In this document: piece after piece, positions 46,221 through 58,400 of the stretch
Layout of the letters: every line of letters begins with the position of its first letter
How positions within the stretch are numbered: the stretch's first letter is position 1
Translations under genes and position numbers: made by a program
Notes under the pieces: model-generated
Databases searched by the model: none
Seen by the model: only the letters and a program-made list of their open reading frames with translations
Told to the model about the DNA's origin: nothing
Assembly (NCBI GenBank): GCA_973895155.1
Contig: OZ316896.1
Coordinates: 3,944,738 to 4,008,737, forward strand
From: Marsupella aquatica
Taxonomy: Eukaryota; Plantae; Marchantiophyta
Reading direction: 5' to 3'
Length of the DNA stretch: 64,000 bases

Positions 46221-47844
46221 TGGGTTCTGACACTTGATGTTGCCGCACTTGTTTCTTGTACCAAAGGGTACGTGACATTGGGTTGTGGCACCTCAGAAAC
46301 TTAAGTCCCCTCTTGTGCACTATTGTTGGGGGCGTCTTGCATTTCTGGCTTCCCTATTATGGGCATATAGCTTGCAATCAACTTCCAATCTCTCCCCCGG
46401 GGTTCTCATATTCTTGAGTAAAATGCTTTAATTTGCTATTGGTGTTACCTGTTGAAACACGCCCTTAAAGGCATGTTTTGGCTAGATATCAGTCAAATAC
46501 AGTCCGAAGCTTAAACTGATCAAATTTTTGTAAATAGTCACATTGATGTTTTTGTATAGTGTATTCTTCTCTATAAAACACCAGAATTTTGAAGAGAAAA
46601 ATCACAAAGTACATTTAATTAGGCCTGGATAAATTAATATGGCCACCCTCTTCTCCATGAAACATGAAGGTCTAGAAAAATTAAAATGACCATCCCTGAA
46701 TATGTGGAAGCAAGTAAAAATACCTCTTTGGCTATGAGAATCAGCAAGCCAGTGCCGCTACAATTCGCACGTCATCACTCTCCCAGGAGCAACTTTACGC
46801 TCACCGCCATGTAGGTCTTTCTTTGACCCTTCCGGAAAAGGACTGAGAAAATTAATAGTAGTGGAATATTGTGTGAATATTTGCCCAGTGGTTTGCCCAG
46901 TCACCCGATGGTAAACCTATCCCTGCCCGACCTGCCCAAAAATTCAGAATGAGATTGTTTGGATTGTTTTTATCATTTTTCTCCCTCATTTTTATCATTT
47001 GATGATCTGGTTATTTCTGAGATGTAGATCTAAAAAAGATCTTCATTTTGAGCCGTAGATTGGCTCATTTGATGAACGGACAAAAATAATTGGGCTCATG
47101 ATCGAAGAGCTTCAGAAGGGCTCGCATCTACATGTTTTTAGCAGACAATCAAGATTGTGTTCCATTCGTTTTGAGTTTGTAAGTAGACAATCCCCCCAGA
47201 ATTGGCCAAATTGCATATTATAGTACTTGATGCCAAGTAGAAAATATCTCTAGCATGCAAAGGATACAGAGAGAAAACACAACTGGGTGTGAAAGATGTC
47301 AAATGGAAAATATGTCAAGAACAAAATGTGTCGAGCATAAAGAAGTTGTACATAAAACATGTTGAAAAAAGAAGAGATCAAAGAGAGGCCACAAAAACTA
47401 CCCTCACAAAAAACAAAGAGAAAAACTAATAGCCCGGCCCCCTCTTCAAAATCTAACTAAACAGAGAACATCATTCCCCCACCAAAAACAAATATTTAGA
47501 AAGTCTATTTGTGGCCTTGGGGGCAATTTGGATATATTAAGTATACTCCTCGTATATTTTGGAATAAAGTTTATTGACACATCTTTCCTCTAAATGCAGA
47601 ATAGAATTCTGACCTCGCTCTCACTCTTGGGATCTTAAAATTTTATATTCTCTCCCCACAGATTTACTTGCCTTTGTATTATAAGTGACTCGGTATCTAG
47701 GATGTATTTTTGTTTCCCTTAGTTACCTTGCTTTTGTACCATATATGTCTTTGTACCTCACACCTTTTCCAGTGTGGTACCCCATTGGCAACACACATGT
47801 TTACCTCACTATCCACTCTGACATTTTTAATGCACTAACTTGTG

Positions 47845-47925
47845 CTCCCTCCTATTCCTTCGTACATGTCACTCCCTCCTATTCCTTCATACATGTCACT
47901 CCCTCCTATTCCTTCATACCTGTCA
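47845..47925. repeat. 27-bp tandem repeat x3
   Basis: CTCCCTCCTATTCCTTC(G/A)TAC(A/C)TGTCA. Confidence 0.9.
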
Positions 47926-47988
47926 TTGACAACCATCCCTATCCCATTGGACCCCATACTCACATTCGTAGTACTTGCTCTGAACCAC

Positions 47989-50980
47989 TTTTTTTTTAAT
48001 TTTAAATAAATTTATTTCACGAAAAAAAACCCCAAGAAACCCCACGGCGAGGACCAGAGGGGGGCCAAGGGGCAAACCCCAGCAGCAAGAAAAAGAACCC
48101 CGGCGAAGGCCGCAGCAGCACCGGCGCCCAAGAAACAAAGCCCCAGGGCCCTAAGTTAAGACTTTAGGGCGGGAATGAGTCCTAGTCAACCACCTACTAA
48201 TGGCCAAAAAATGAATCCACCTACAATCCCACCTCCAGTGCACAAAATGGCAGTTCCAATTGATGGGCTTCCAATGAGAGAAAGCAAAGGCTCTAGGTTC
48301 AGAATAATCCCACCTAGTATACCAATTCCTAAAGAAAAGAGACCTTCTCTTAAGTTGCTTACTATTGTGATCAGAGTATGAGGTGCTGCCACTACAGGCT
48401 TGCCAACCACCACCCAACCAAGGGGAGGTGAGGCAGCCCATACCAATCCTACCAATAACCCAAATTCTAGGTTGTTCTTGCATGGTTGCTGGTAATCGTG
48501 TTGTTGTGCCGGTCAGTGGCTCTAGTGACCATGGTAAGAAGTCCATCTCTGGCCTTAGTGATAGCAGATTTCTTTCTGAGAGTCTTCGTTTGTTGAAGAA
48601 GAATGTTAGCATGCAGCATGGCGCTGTTAAGGATGAGATGCAGAGGAAATCTAGTAGAGGGTGCGTTGAAAAATTTTGGGCATCTTTCAAGCCAAAGAGT
48701 ATTGAGCATTTCCGCCAGCAGAAGCATTTGCCTTGGATTTCTCTTCTGGGTCCGGATGGCAGTGTCAATCTTGCCAAAAAGCGAGAACCCAACAGCTTTG
48801 TCAAAAACTGTATCGTGTGCAACGTGTTCAAGGAGATCCCACCTTTGAGTAATAGCCGGGCAATCTCTGAACATGTGATCAGAATTCTCCAATGTAGTAC
48901 AGCTGCAATTGGAACACAGGCCATTGTTGAGACCCCACTTAAGAGCGCGAGAATTAGTAAAAAAGCCAGCATGTAAAACTTTCCAAATAACAAGTCTGGC
49001 TTTAGGTGCACTCCAGCCTCTCCACAAGTGTTTCCATCGCTGGTGCCACATTGCGGTGGTGTCCAGCAAGTGCCATCTACGATTGAGATTGAGGATTGGC
49101 ATGTTGCGATCCCTGTTCATGCTGGCCCAAATGTGTGTGGGGAGATTCCAGCCATGTTGTTCGCCATCAGCCCATTCCCAGTTCCATCCTGTTAGGTTAG
49201 CAAGGCGGACATCAGCTTTTCCTTGGCTCCCAATAAGGATATTCAGCAGGCTATTCAAGGCTAGTACCCCCCGTGGCCTGGTGGTCCTGATGTTACCTTG
49301 CATTTCAGCCAAAGTCTTCCATTGGCCAGATTCTCTATTCTGAGCATCATGCATGTCGTTAACAGTTTGTACCTGCCAATTTGCGAGAAGACTCTTCAAC
49401 TCGTAGTTGTCTTGTCTGGACAGTTGTAGCTGCTTGTCAAGAAGACGCAAGAGTTGGTCAATTGAGAGAGATTGAGGCAAGGTACTGGCTGAAGGTATGA
49501 ACCTCAGATTATTACATGCCTTGTCCCATCCGTTCAACAGACAGTTCAGTATGGGGGCATTGGGGATTCGAATTCCCGGGTCAAGCAGCAGAGCAGCATC
49601 CACCTCCCATCTTCTTCTCTCCTTTTTGTGAGGCCCAAGGCTGAGCGTCCGCCTGATTAGAGCATGTGCCATCCCAACCCATGCAGTGTCATAATCAGTG
49701 ATCAATTTGTGGATGTTCCTCATCTTGAGAACCTGGGCTTGTAATTCAAAGGGCCTGATTGCTAACCCTCCATCTTCAAAGGGTCTGGTGATGATATCCC
49801 AAGCAATGAGTGCTTTCTTTGGCACTCCATCCTTATTTTGGCCCCACAGGAAATTTCTACAGATTCTCTCCAACTGCTGGAACCCTCGCTTCTGTAGATT
49901 GAGGACCATAAGGTGGTACACTGGAATAGCTCTTAAGACGTGTTTCAGGAGGACAACTCGTCCAACAAGGCTAAGGAAGCGATTTGACCAATGTTTGAGC
50001 CGTTTACGAACTTTTCCAAGAAGGAACTCTAATTCCTGTGTGGGTTTCAAGGATTTACCAATTGGGCAGCCTAGATAAACTTGCATATCTCCAATGCCTG
50101 CCACTTTACATCTGCAAGTAGACATCCAATCCTGCTGTGGTGATCTGTCCATCTGGATAATGATAGATTTATCCAGGTTCAATTGTGCCCCTGATATCCT
50201 TTCGTATGTGCTCACTGTAGCGTGTGCCATCTGAAATTCGCTTTCAGATGCATGAAGAAACAGGCCTGTGTCATCAGCAAACAGTTGGTGCAGCAATTTT
50301 TTCGTATGATCAATCCCCGGATCAATCCTAATGCCATGGAGGTCACCAATTCGAACCTTCTCTTCCAGCAGACACATAAGCGGTTGTGTGGAGAGGGCAA
50401 ACAGCAAGGAGGAGGCTGGGCATCCCTGTCTAACTCCTCTCTCAAGCGGGATTTCCTTAGTGAAACCTCCATTCACATGGACCTTGGAGGTGGCATTTAC
50501 CACAAGTCCCTTGGTTAGTTGGATGAGCTTTGGATGGAAGTTCATCTTCTCCATGGTATCCCATAAGAAGGTGTGATTGACCCGGTCGTAAGCCTTGGAA
50601 AAATCAAGCTTCAGGAATATACTTGGTTGCTTGGTAGCCTGCACAAACTCGGTTCCAACTTTGAAAGCGAGAATATTATCAAGTATACTTCTACCACTGA
50701 TGAAGCCAGTCTGTTGAGAAGAAACCAGCCCAGGAACAACAGCTTTCAATCTGTTTGAGAGGATTTTAGCTGCAAGTTTGTGAGCAAAGGTAAGCATAGT
50801 CAATGGTCGCCAATTCTTGAGCCATTGTTTATTGCCACCCTTTGGTATCAACTTGATGACCCCCATTGAAGCTTTGGTTGTGAGTAATCCATCTTCCCAG
50901 TAAGCTTGAACCATCTTACAAATGTCTCCTTTCATCCAGCTCCAACAGGCAATCACCACCTATGGAGTGACCCCATCAAG
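47989..50980 (-). mobile_element. 5'-truncated LINE (L1/Tx1-like) retrotransposon with 3' UTR and poly(A)
   Basis: ORF2 remnant starts at the RT N-terminus (LDGVTP*). AATAAA (~48011-48016) and an A-tail (T-run at 47989-47997 on +). No clear TSD. Confidence 0.88.
48467..50959 (-). CDS. LINE ORF2 reverse transcriptase plus zf-RVT (endonuclease missing)
   Basis: NWRPLTML, QTGFISGR, LDFSKAYDRV, GVRQGCP, LFADD, YLGCP, GGLAI and the CxxC-x8-HxxxxC knuckle. Confidence 0.92.
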   Translation of the reverse strand: MVIACWSWMKGDICKMVQAYWEDGLLTTKASMGVIKLIPKGGNKQWLKNWRPLTMLTFAHKLAAKILSNRLKAVVPGLVSSQQTGFISGRSILDNILAFKVGTEFVQATKQPSIFLKLDFSKAYDRVNHTFLWDTMEKMNFHPKLIQLTKGLVVNATSKVHVNGGFTKEIPLERGVRQGCPASSLLFALSTQPLMCLLEEKVRIGDLHGIRIDPGIDHTKKLLHQLFADDTGLFLHASESEFQMAHATVSTYERISGAQLNLDKSIIIQMDRSPQQDWMSTCRCKVAGIGDMQVYLGCPIGKSLKPTQELEFLLGKVRKRLKHWSNRFLSLVGRVVLLKHVLRAIPVYHLMVLNLQKRGFQQLERICRNFLWGQNKDGVPKKALIAWDIITRPFEDGGLAIRPFELQAQVLKMRNIHKLITDYDTAWVGMAHALIRRTLSLGPHKKERRRWEVDAALLLDPGIRIPNAPILNCLLNGWDKACNNLRFIPSASTLPQSLSIDQLLRLLDKQLQLSRQDNYELKSLLANWQVQTVNDMHDAQNRESGQWKTLAEMQGNIRTTRPRGVLALNSLLNILIGSQGKADVRLANLTGWNWEWADGEQHGWNLPTHIWASMNRDRNMPILNLNRRWHLLDTTAMWHQRWKHLWRGWSAPKARLVIWKVLHAGFFTNSRALKWGLNNGLCSNCSCTTLENSDHMFRDCPAITQRWDLLEHVAHDTVFDKAVGFSLFGKIDTAIRTQKRNPRQMLLLAEMLNTLWLERCPKFFNAPSTRFPLHLILNSAMLHANILLQQTKTLRKKSAITKARDGLLTMVTRATDRHNNTITSNHARTT

Positions 50981-52579
50981 TCATTTTAATCCAATGGCAC
51001 TCAAAAGTAACATCCTCATCCCAAGGCATGCGAGTCATCCCCACATCCCTATAACACCATGACACTTTATTTTTGTCATCTAACGGTCTGCAAAAAATGT
51101 AAGATGATCCATTGGCAGGGAATCATTCAAGCCCATTGCACTTTTCATAAACAAAAACTAAAAAGAGCAGCATTGAGTATTATAGTGTTAGATGATGCTC
51201 TGATGACAGGACCTGAATACATTTAAAGTTAAAGAGATTCCTAGTTTTACTTATTTTAGTAAAAGCAAAGGAAAATTTTCATAACGTGTGTGCTTCATTC
51301 TTGTCCAATAATGCCCTGAGAATTACAAAGGGGAAAATCACAAAGGACATTATGGTAAGGTAAAGGACTCTCTCAAGGGCATTGTAAAGGATAAAGCTCT
51401 ATAGCAGCTTGCCTACCCAAGATACTTTCAGTGAGAGGGGGCTATAGCCAGCTCTGTTTTGTTCCCATCTTGTTTTTTCTGAGAAATGGCGTTAAACACC
51501 TAAAAATAGACACACAAATTTCTTCATAAAGAGTTAAAGAGATTTGTAAGAATATACACAAACTTTTTACAGAAAAGGGCCAAACAGAGTACAAAAAAAT
51601 AACCAAAAGAGGTCCCAAGTGGACAAAACCAAATGCAAACGAAGTGAGCAAAATGAAACCTCTAAGAACCAAGAAAGGAGAACTAAAACAATCGCAAATG
51701 GACCGAGGTACTTATCATTCCTAGCTAGTGAGGTTAATATCTTAAGGTCAAGTGTCGAAACTAAATCGGCAAGTGGGACTGAAATGTCCTCTAGGGGGGC
51801 TAGCCGCTGCAGATTTGTAGGGTGTTTGAGAGTTAAGATTATTAGAGTATTCTCATATTTGCAAATGTAGTGTGCAACTTGTTGAGGCCCTTCAAATGTC
51901 TGCCACATGCAAACACAAAAAGACGAGGATGGCTTAAAGACAAAGAAAAAACAAAGGAAAGAAAGGAAAAGAAGGACTTGTTGGGCGCCGTTATTGTTAC
52001 TGCCATGGCGGCGCAGGATATGGATCAGGGGCTTTTTTTATTGGGAAAACTGAACTCCGTAGGAGCCCAGCAAAAAAACGCGAAGAAAGAAGAATCTTCC
52101 AGCCACATTTCCATCTTTGGCCAATACCAGGTTTCAAGATCTGACTGCTATGCGCATTTCTAGGCGAATCTGGCAGAAGAGCATGGATACAGCCGACAAG
52201 AAGTTCGCAGCCAGATTCTCCTCTCTGCTGAAGGATGGCAGGAGCCAATGCGGCAACGGTGGAAAATCCTTAGAAGAAAACATCGTCAATTCATTCGTTC
52301 GCTCATTCATGCATTCATTCATCACTTCATGATTGGCTTGAGAATTCGCCTCATCTAGAACTTCACGTTGCCGAGACTACAGCTTAAAGCTCATCATCTC
52401 ACCATCAGCCATTTATATTCGCTGTTGTGATCGTACCTTCGTGGAGAACTCCTCTCAAGCTCATCATCTCACCATCTGTTAAATTTTCTGTTTTGCGTAC
52501 TTCATTCTCTTGCAGGACTCGACGAACCCCGATTCGCATGAAATTCTAGAAGTCGAAAATTCGAGCCAAGCTTGTCCGA

Positions 52580-53326
52580 ATGATGATTCGCGTGGAGCAG
52601 TCTGGTTCGGATGAAACCCCACCAGGCAACTCGAATATGGCGCAGAAGCCAATCGATTTCACGCCAGTCACGCGTTTCATCCCTCCGAATAGCGATGACA
52701 CACCAGAAAAGCTTTTCACTCGAGGCACTACCAGGCACATTAACGTTACAGGCTGGAGATTTATCCGTCGCACGAACGACCGCCAGATCCTGGTGTATAC
52801 TGACGGAGCCTGCACCAACAATGGCAAAAATGGAGCGATAGGTGGCTGTGCTTTCGTCTTCAAGGGTGGTGCATCTCCTGATGAGATTAAAAGCGGGAAC
52901 ACCTCCTTTCGTCTCGAGGACCGTGGCCCGACCGGAATTGTGTATCCTCATACCAGCAATCGTGCTGAGCTACGGGCTGTCATCGCTGCTCTCCAATTCA
53001 GGGAATGGAGCGGTGAGGAATACAATGAGCTGGTTATTGCCACTGATTCGGAATACGTGGAAAAAGGCGCCACGCAATGGATTGAAGGGTGGGTGAAGAG
53101 AGGATGGCGAACAAGCATGAAGAAAGACGTTGCGAACAGGGATTTGTGGGAATTGCTCTTCAAGGAAGTCCAGAAGTTTAAGGAGTGCCCATGGGGAACC
53201 CTTCGTGTGATGTTTTGGCGCATTCCTCGAGGTTTGAACACTCTAGCTGATCAGGCGGCTAAGGAAGCCGCAGCGACAGGAGAGCCTCAAGACTCGTTCT
53301 GTCGAATCTATGGGGTTCGGTGTTAG
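52580..53326 (+). CDS. RNase H1-family protein, fungal-like, copy 2
   Basis: VYTDGACTNNG, SNRAEL, TDSEY, ANRDLW and WRIPRGLNTLAD. The upstream Cys/His motif is degenerate (HHLTIC* at ~52460-52482). Confidence 0.8.
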   Translation: MMIRVEQSGSDETPPGNSNMAQKPIDFTPVTRFIPPNSDDTPEKLFTRGTTRHINVTGWRFIRRTNDRQILVYTDGACTNNGKNGAIGGCAFVFKGGASPDEIKSGNTSFRLEDRGPTGIVYPHTSNRAELRAVIAALQFREWSGEEYNELVIATDSEYVEKGATQWIEGWVKRGWRTSMKKDVANRDLWELLFKEVQKFKECPWGTLRVMFWRIPRGLNTLADQAAKEAAATGEPQDSFCRIYGVRC

Positions 53327-55334
53327 GCTCTCTAAAGTCGATTTGTCAGGTAAGGTGGACGAAAGCTCCGGTGAACTAAGGATGTGTAGTTCGCTATACC
53401 GCACTTTCGTTTCGGCAGGATTGTGCTTGGTCGATACCTTTAAAGGCAAGGGCATGGGTGGTCTAACCTCCCCCCTGCGCTGTGTTTGCTTTTTGCTAAA
53501 GAATGTATGGAGCAGACATGTAGATTAAAAATTTATCAAATGTTAGGATCATCGGAGAACGCTCCCGGTGCAATGGCAATGAACTTGGGGTCACAGTCAG
53601 GAGAGAGTGCACTTGTATCGTACAAGTTATTGACTAGGATGCCGTTTTTTGCTGCACATTGAAGAATCAAAATAGCTTTTGTAGACAGCAATGTGCAGCA
53701 GCTGGTGTTCGTAGCAATCTTAAATCTTCGGAATACATGATATCAACAACGAAGCGAGAATACGAGTCAATGTATCGATGCAAGTAAAGCAAATGTACGT
53801 GAGAACACAGCAAATGTACGTGAGAACACTATGGTAGAGCGTGATGAGTAAAACGTTTGCGGCCCATAACCTGTGACTAAAGCATACGCGCTCAAACATA
53901 GGAAAAATACAAATGCACAATGCAGTGAATAGAATGAGAGACCCTCAAGTAGAGGCGCTCCATCTGAGAAAAAACAAAAGGCGCAATAGCAGCCCAAGCG
54001 ATCAGCACAAACAGAGGTGGCTAGCACAAACAGGTGGCGCGGCTGCCAGTACACAAAGGGCTGGCCGCGTCCCGCTTGTCACAGTCAAGACGTTAGGCGC
54101 TGGCAGGTAGATTTAATTCAAATCCTTAAACTAGATCATCGCTATTTGATGCTGATTGAATTTAAATCTGACTAGTCTAAGTCTGAGGCTAATATTCTAT
54201 CTGACATGTAAAGCTAGTCCTAATATTAAGATCTTACTGTCACTAGTCTGAATGTCGGGAATCAGTATGAGTCATTCACAGTGAGAACTGTTTTGTGCAG
54301 GCATCAGCATGGTACCTGGCACTTGGTCAAAATGGAGACAATTGTCTAAATTGTGGTTTCGTGATCTCCCACGATTTCGATAACTGTTTTATTAACTGTA
54401 TTGTTGTAATACTTCTTGAAGACTGACGAGTTGCGTACTAGTAGTTTAGATTCTCTAGAGTAATTTGTATCCTTGTGCATCCCAAGTAATGTACCGAAAT
54501 GGTCGAAGAGATGCAAGTAGGTCATCCAATCTGTATGACATCCCTCGCGTTAGAGATGGTGGCAGGTCCAATTTTCTACGCGTTGATCTCTACATCGTAA
54601 TGCCCTATGTATCCCGTGAATACACGTCGGGAAGTAAACTTATTTTGCTCAGTCGGAATGTCAATTTGAGATTCGCCAGTGTTTTGTTGCCATAGAATTT
54701 AATTATGACAAGCTTGAATTATACGCTATACTTGTGCACCTGTTTTTGTAGGTCTAATGGAATTGAGTGCAAAGTCTCAGCAAAGTCACAACTCTGACGG
54801 AGTTACGAGTGGGTCTTGATTCATGAATTGCGAAAGCCTAATTCATCATGGTTAGATGCTGAACAGCAATCGTCCAGTCCAGCAGTGAGACGACTCATGT
54901 AACGGCATCAAAGATTCAGAGCTAATGACGCTCTGCCCTCCCTGTCCTTTCACTGCTACGATATATGGACTGTGTTCCCTTCCCTCAGACAACTTACTGT
55001 CCACTCCTTTTGTCCACTCCTTCTGCCCTCGAACGATTTCAGAGATTAGCATTCCAGGAAACAACAAACAGCATAGGGGCACCAGAAGGACAACACGTAC
55101 TGCTCGCTCTCACTCTCCATCACAGTAGCCCAAACCGATACTTCATAGGCTCAAAGACGCGAAGTGGGTGGGTGCGAATTGGGTCTGATTAAGGGTGATA
55201 CAATTGCACGGGCTGATCTCCCACTTCCCAACAGAGAATGGTCACCAGTTGATAGGGAGCATTGGAACAATCGTTCTTGTTCTCGTTTTAGCCACTGCAC
55301 CTCGGCTGCAAGAATTAGCTCCAGCAGTAACTGA

Positions 55335-56513
55335 ATGATGTCAACTGCCGTAGCAGCGGTTCTGTGCACCATTTGCCACTCCACTGGCATTCTCCGCTGG
55401 CAGTGTAAGCTGCTGTTCAAAAATGTGCCAGCGGAAAGATGGGCCGACGCACAAGCTCCTGTGCAGCTCCTTCAGCGATCTCGCGTGCCTCCGGGACCTA
55501 TGTTCCGGAGACAAATCCTCTTCCCCGCCCGCGAAAAAATCCCCACATTCATCTGGATGGAAATTGATAGAAAGTCACGCTCTGGGTTATGAGCTTGATA
55601 TGCCAAAGCTCAGGGGACTACTGGGACCTGGAGAACCCAGAAGCCGTTGGCTGCATTGCCAAGAACTACTTCACGAACCGGAAGCTTGTAGACACTATTG
55701 TGGTAGGACATCGGGATAACTTTCTGAACGACGGATCGCTCCCCAATCAGGGCATCAGCAAAGTCACGAGAGCAGAGCATGCACACCAGTAGGCAGGACC
55801 TCTGGTTGCATTTAGAATCGACGGCCTGGACTTCTTGCACTCTTGTTCTTACGGTGACTGTTCTAGCCGACTTTCGTCATACTGTTGATTGCTTTGGGAG
55901 CTACTACAGTGAGTACTGGCCAAAGGACAGCTCGACCGGAGTGGGAAACGTGAAAGGGGTGCGAATAAGCTGCAATGCCGACCAAGCAATGTTCAGAGCG
56001 GACAAGTATATCCCGGTCGATGTGGAAGATTGTCATGTAGTGTTTAGGATGGAGGAGCCGATTGAAATTCCCAAAACTGATCGAGCTCCCAATCTTCGTG
56101 CGGAAATGTCGTCCACGCCGAGTCTGAAAGAACGACTCCACGGCCGACTACACCAAATATGGCAGCAAGTTGGCTTCACCTTGACCTCGACTCTAAGAGC
56201 GAAAGTTTTGGTTGGATTCCATTTCAATCGGACCAAAGAGTTGGCAGTGTCTTAGCAGTGCGAGTGGATCGAAAGGCGCTATCTCCGCACCACATGCAAG
56301 CACTATGCGATTTCTGCCAATCAACCTTGCAGCCGTTGATTGAAGACTCACTCGGTCTAGGGCTGGAGAGGGCCAGAGACGATGTCATTCAAAAGATGTC
56401 ATGCAAAAGATGACGAAGGCCAAATTCAAGGAGTTTTTCCGGGACTCCAAAGCTGAACAAAGCTGAACAAAGGGATCCTGCTTGGATAGCTACACCTTGT
56501 CCGTATGAAATAG
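55335..56513 (+). pseudogene. MYND zinc-finger pseudogene (paralog of 39603-40781)
   Basis: Collinear homology is split across ORFs 55335, 55423, 55589, 55779 and 56159 by frameshifts, with TGG>TAG at ~55790. Confidence 0.9.
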
Positions 56514-57161
56514 CACCTGAAATGTCAATCTATGGAGACAAGAGATAAGAGACGGAGCTGCGAAGAAAACTTTATATCGGTTCGGTTTGAATGTCGGTGA
56601 TTAGCACTCGTTTTGTACAATACACAGCTACCATAATCGCGAACTGAATGTCACAAGTAAAGCTCGATCAGTTGCTCATGTATGCAATGTGCGTTTGAAC
56701 TAGGCTGTAAAATAGCTATTCCAAGAGCATAACAAAGTGGACTAAACTGTTCAACACATGAACCATGATTGCTGAGTAGCGTACATGATGTGATTGGGGG
56801 CATTCTGCAGTGTAGTGGAACTTATTTAGGTACGTAAGAATCCAACTGTATGAATGCCACAGATTTCACAGATTCAAACGATAATTATATCCATTGAAGA
56901 TGACACTAATACACAATGAATGCTTCCGTGTATCTAAACTTAAGTACGTAGCATACTACTTGACTGCTTCTAGCACAAAAAGCCACTTGTGACGAACTCC
57001 ACCCCCTCATATTCAGGTAGTCTAGATTATGAACAGGTAGAAGAGGTAACATGTCACGGCAGAAGCGAAAGAGCTTATGAATAGTTTTCCCTGAGTCTAG
57101 CACGCTTGCTCTTCGGAAGTGACCCTTCGATGCTCCTGTTCATCTGACGACCCCATTTGCG

Positions 57162-57540
57162 CTAAGCGATTTGTTGCTTGAACTTGGTAAGTTCATTCCT
57201 GCCGTACCGGCCAGTTTCTCTGCTTGCGGAGCCGAGTTTTTGCTCAGTATTTTGTTTCCGCTCTAACGCTAATTTCTGTTTTTTATTTTTATTTCTCATT
57301 TTCTGGTAAACGTGCTTTCTCCAGCTCGGAGCATTTTGTTTCTTCAAACTCTTACAATCCTGCTGAAGATCACTGATCCGGGCAAGAAGTTCAGCAATCC
57401 TCGCCTCATCGTCCATTCTCCTTGCTATGCTTAAGCTCTCCAGAGTGCCCACCCTTTACTGCAGAGAATCTCTCTATCGAAACGAACCCCGCTGTCTGAA
57501 GTCCGACATAATCCTCCTGCCCTCTGTAGTCCATATCCAT
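57162..57540 (-). pseudogene. Diverged paralog of the coiled-coil ORF 41435-41878
   Basis: The VGLQTAGFVSIERF-like segment is out of frame with the downstream ..LKKQ..KKQKLA.. segment. Confidence 0.45.
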
Positions 57541-58004
57541 TCCGTTCCTGCTACACGAAGTTTACAAAGACGATTGAGCTTAAGAAGTCGGCTCAAACAA
57601 AGAGATCTACAGCCAAACATATCACTAGGCAGCACTCCGCACAAGCAAACCATTATGTCCCTGGAGAATACTACAGCACAAAACGGTAGGGAATGGACCG
57701 GCAAATCTGTCGGTTGCTTAGATACTGTTGCACACCCATACATAATTGGAAATGACTCGGAAATCTGCATAAGAACTTAACAGGATCCTAGGACCATGTA
57801 CGCACCAGAAAACTTCTCGACATTCTAGCATCCCTGAGATTTGCAGCCAAGGAATATTTGAACAGCAGCGATTTCGTATAACCGGAAGAGTTACACGCCC
57901 GTAGACAAAGAGATGGTGCAACACACTAACAAAGCGGATTCCGGCTGGAAAGTTTTGAGGATGTTAAAACCGTTCAGGCGATCGAACCGTTCAGGCGAGC
58001 AAGC

Positions 58005-58400
58005 TACAGACGGCATTCACCTCGAGTCACCGTAGCTTGAATTCTTTTCGCTATTCGAATTCGAGGCAAACTACAAAACGTTTCGTTCAATCAAAACCCC
58101 GATTCGAAACGAAAAACTGCGGCTCGGGGTTCTGAATTTTACCTGTTGTTGGGGATGAGAATATCAAAGCTGAATGAATCGATCGATACAGACGGCATTC
58201 ACCGTCGGGTCACCGTAGCTTGAGTTCTTTTCACTATTCGAATTCGAGGCAAATAAACAAACGATTCGTTCAATCAAAACCCCGATTCGAAACGACAAAC
58301 TGTGGCTCGGGGTTCTGAACTTTACCTGTTCTTCAAGTGTTGGGGATGAATACATCAATGCTGAATGAATCGATCGATGCGACGAGCTCTGGTGCTTCAC
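58005..58400. repeat. ~180-bp tandem repeat x2, homologous to 42400-42925
   Basis: TACAGACGGCATTCACC...TATTCGAATTCGAGGCAAA at ~58005 and 58186. Confidence 0.88.

Noticed and set aside
48151-49343. ORFs 48151-49011 (-), 48383-48976 (+) and 48909-49343 (+)
   Set aside because: Alternative-frame or antisense shadows of LINE ORF2 and its 3' UTR with no recognisable motifs.
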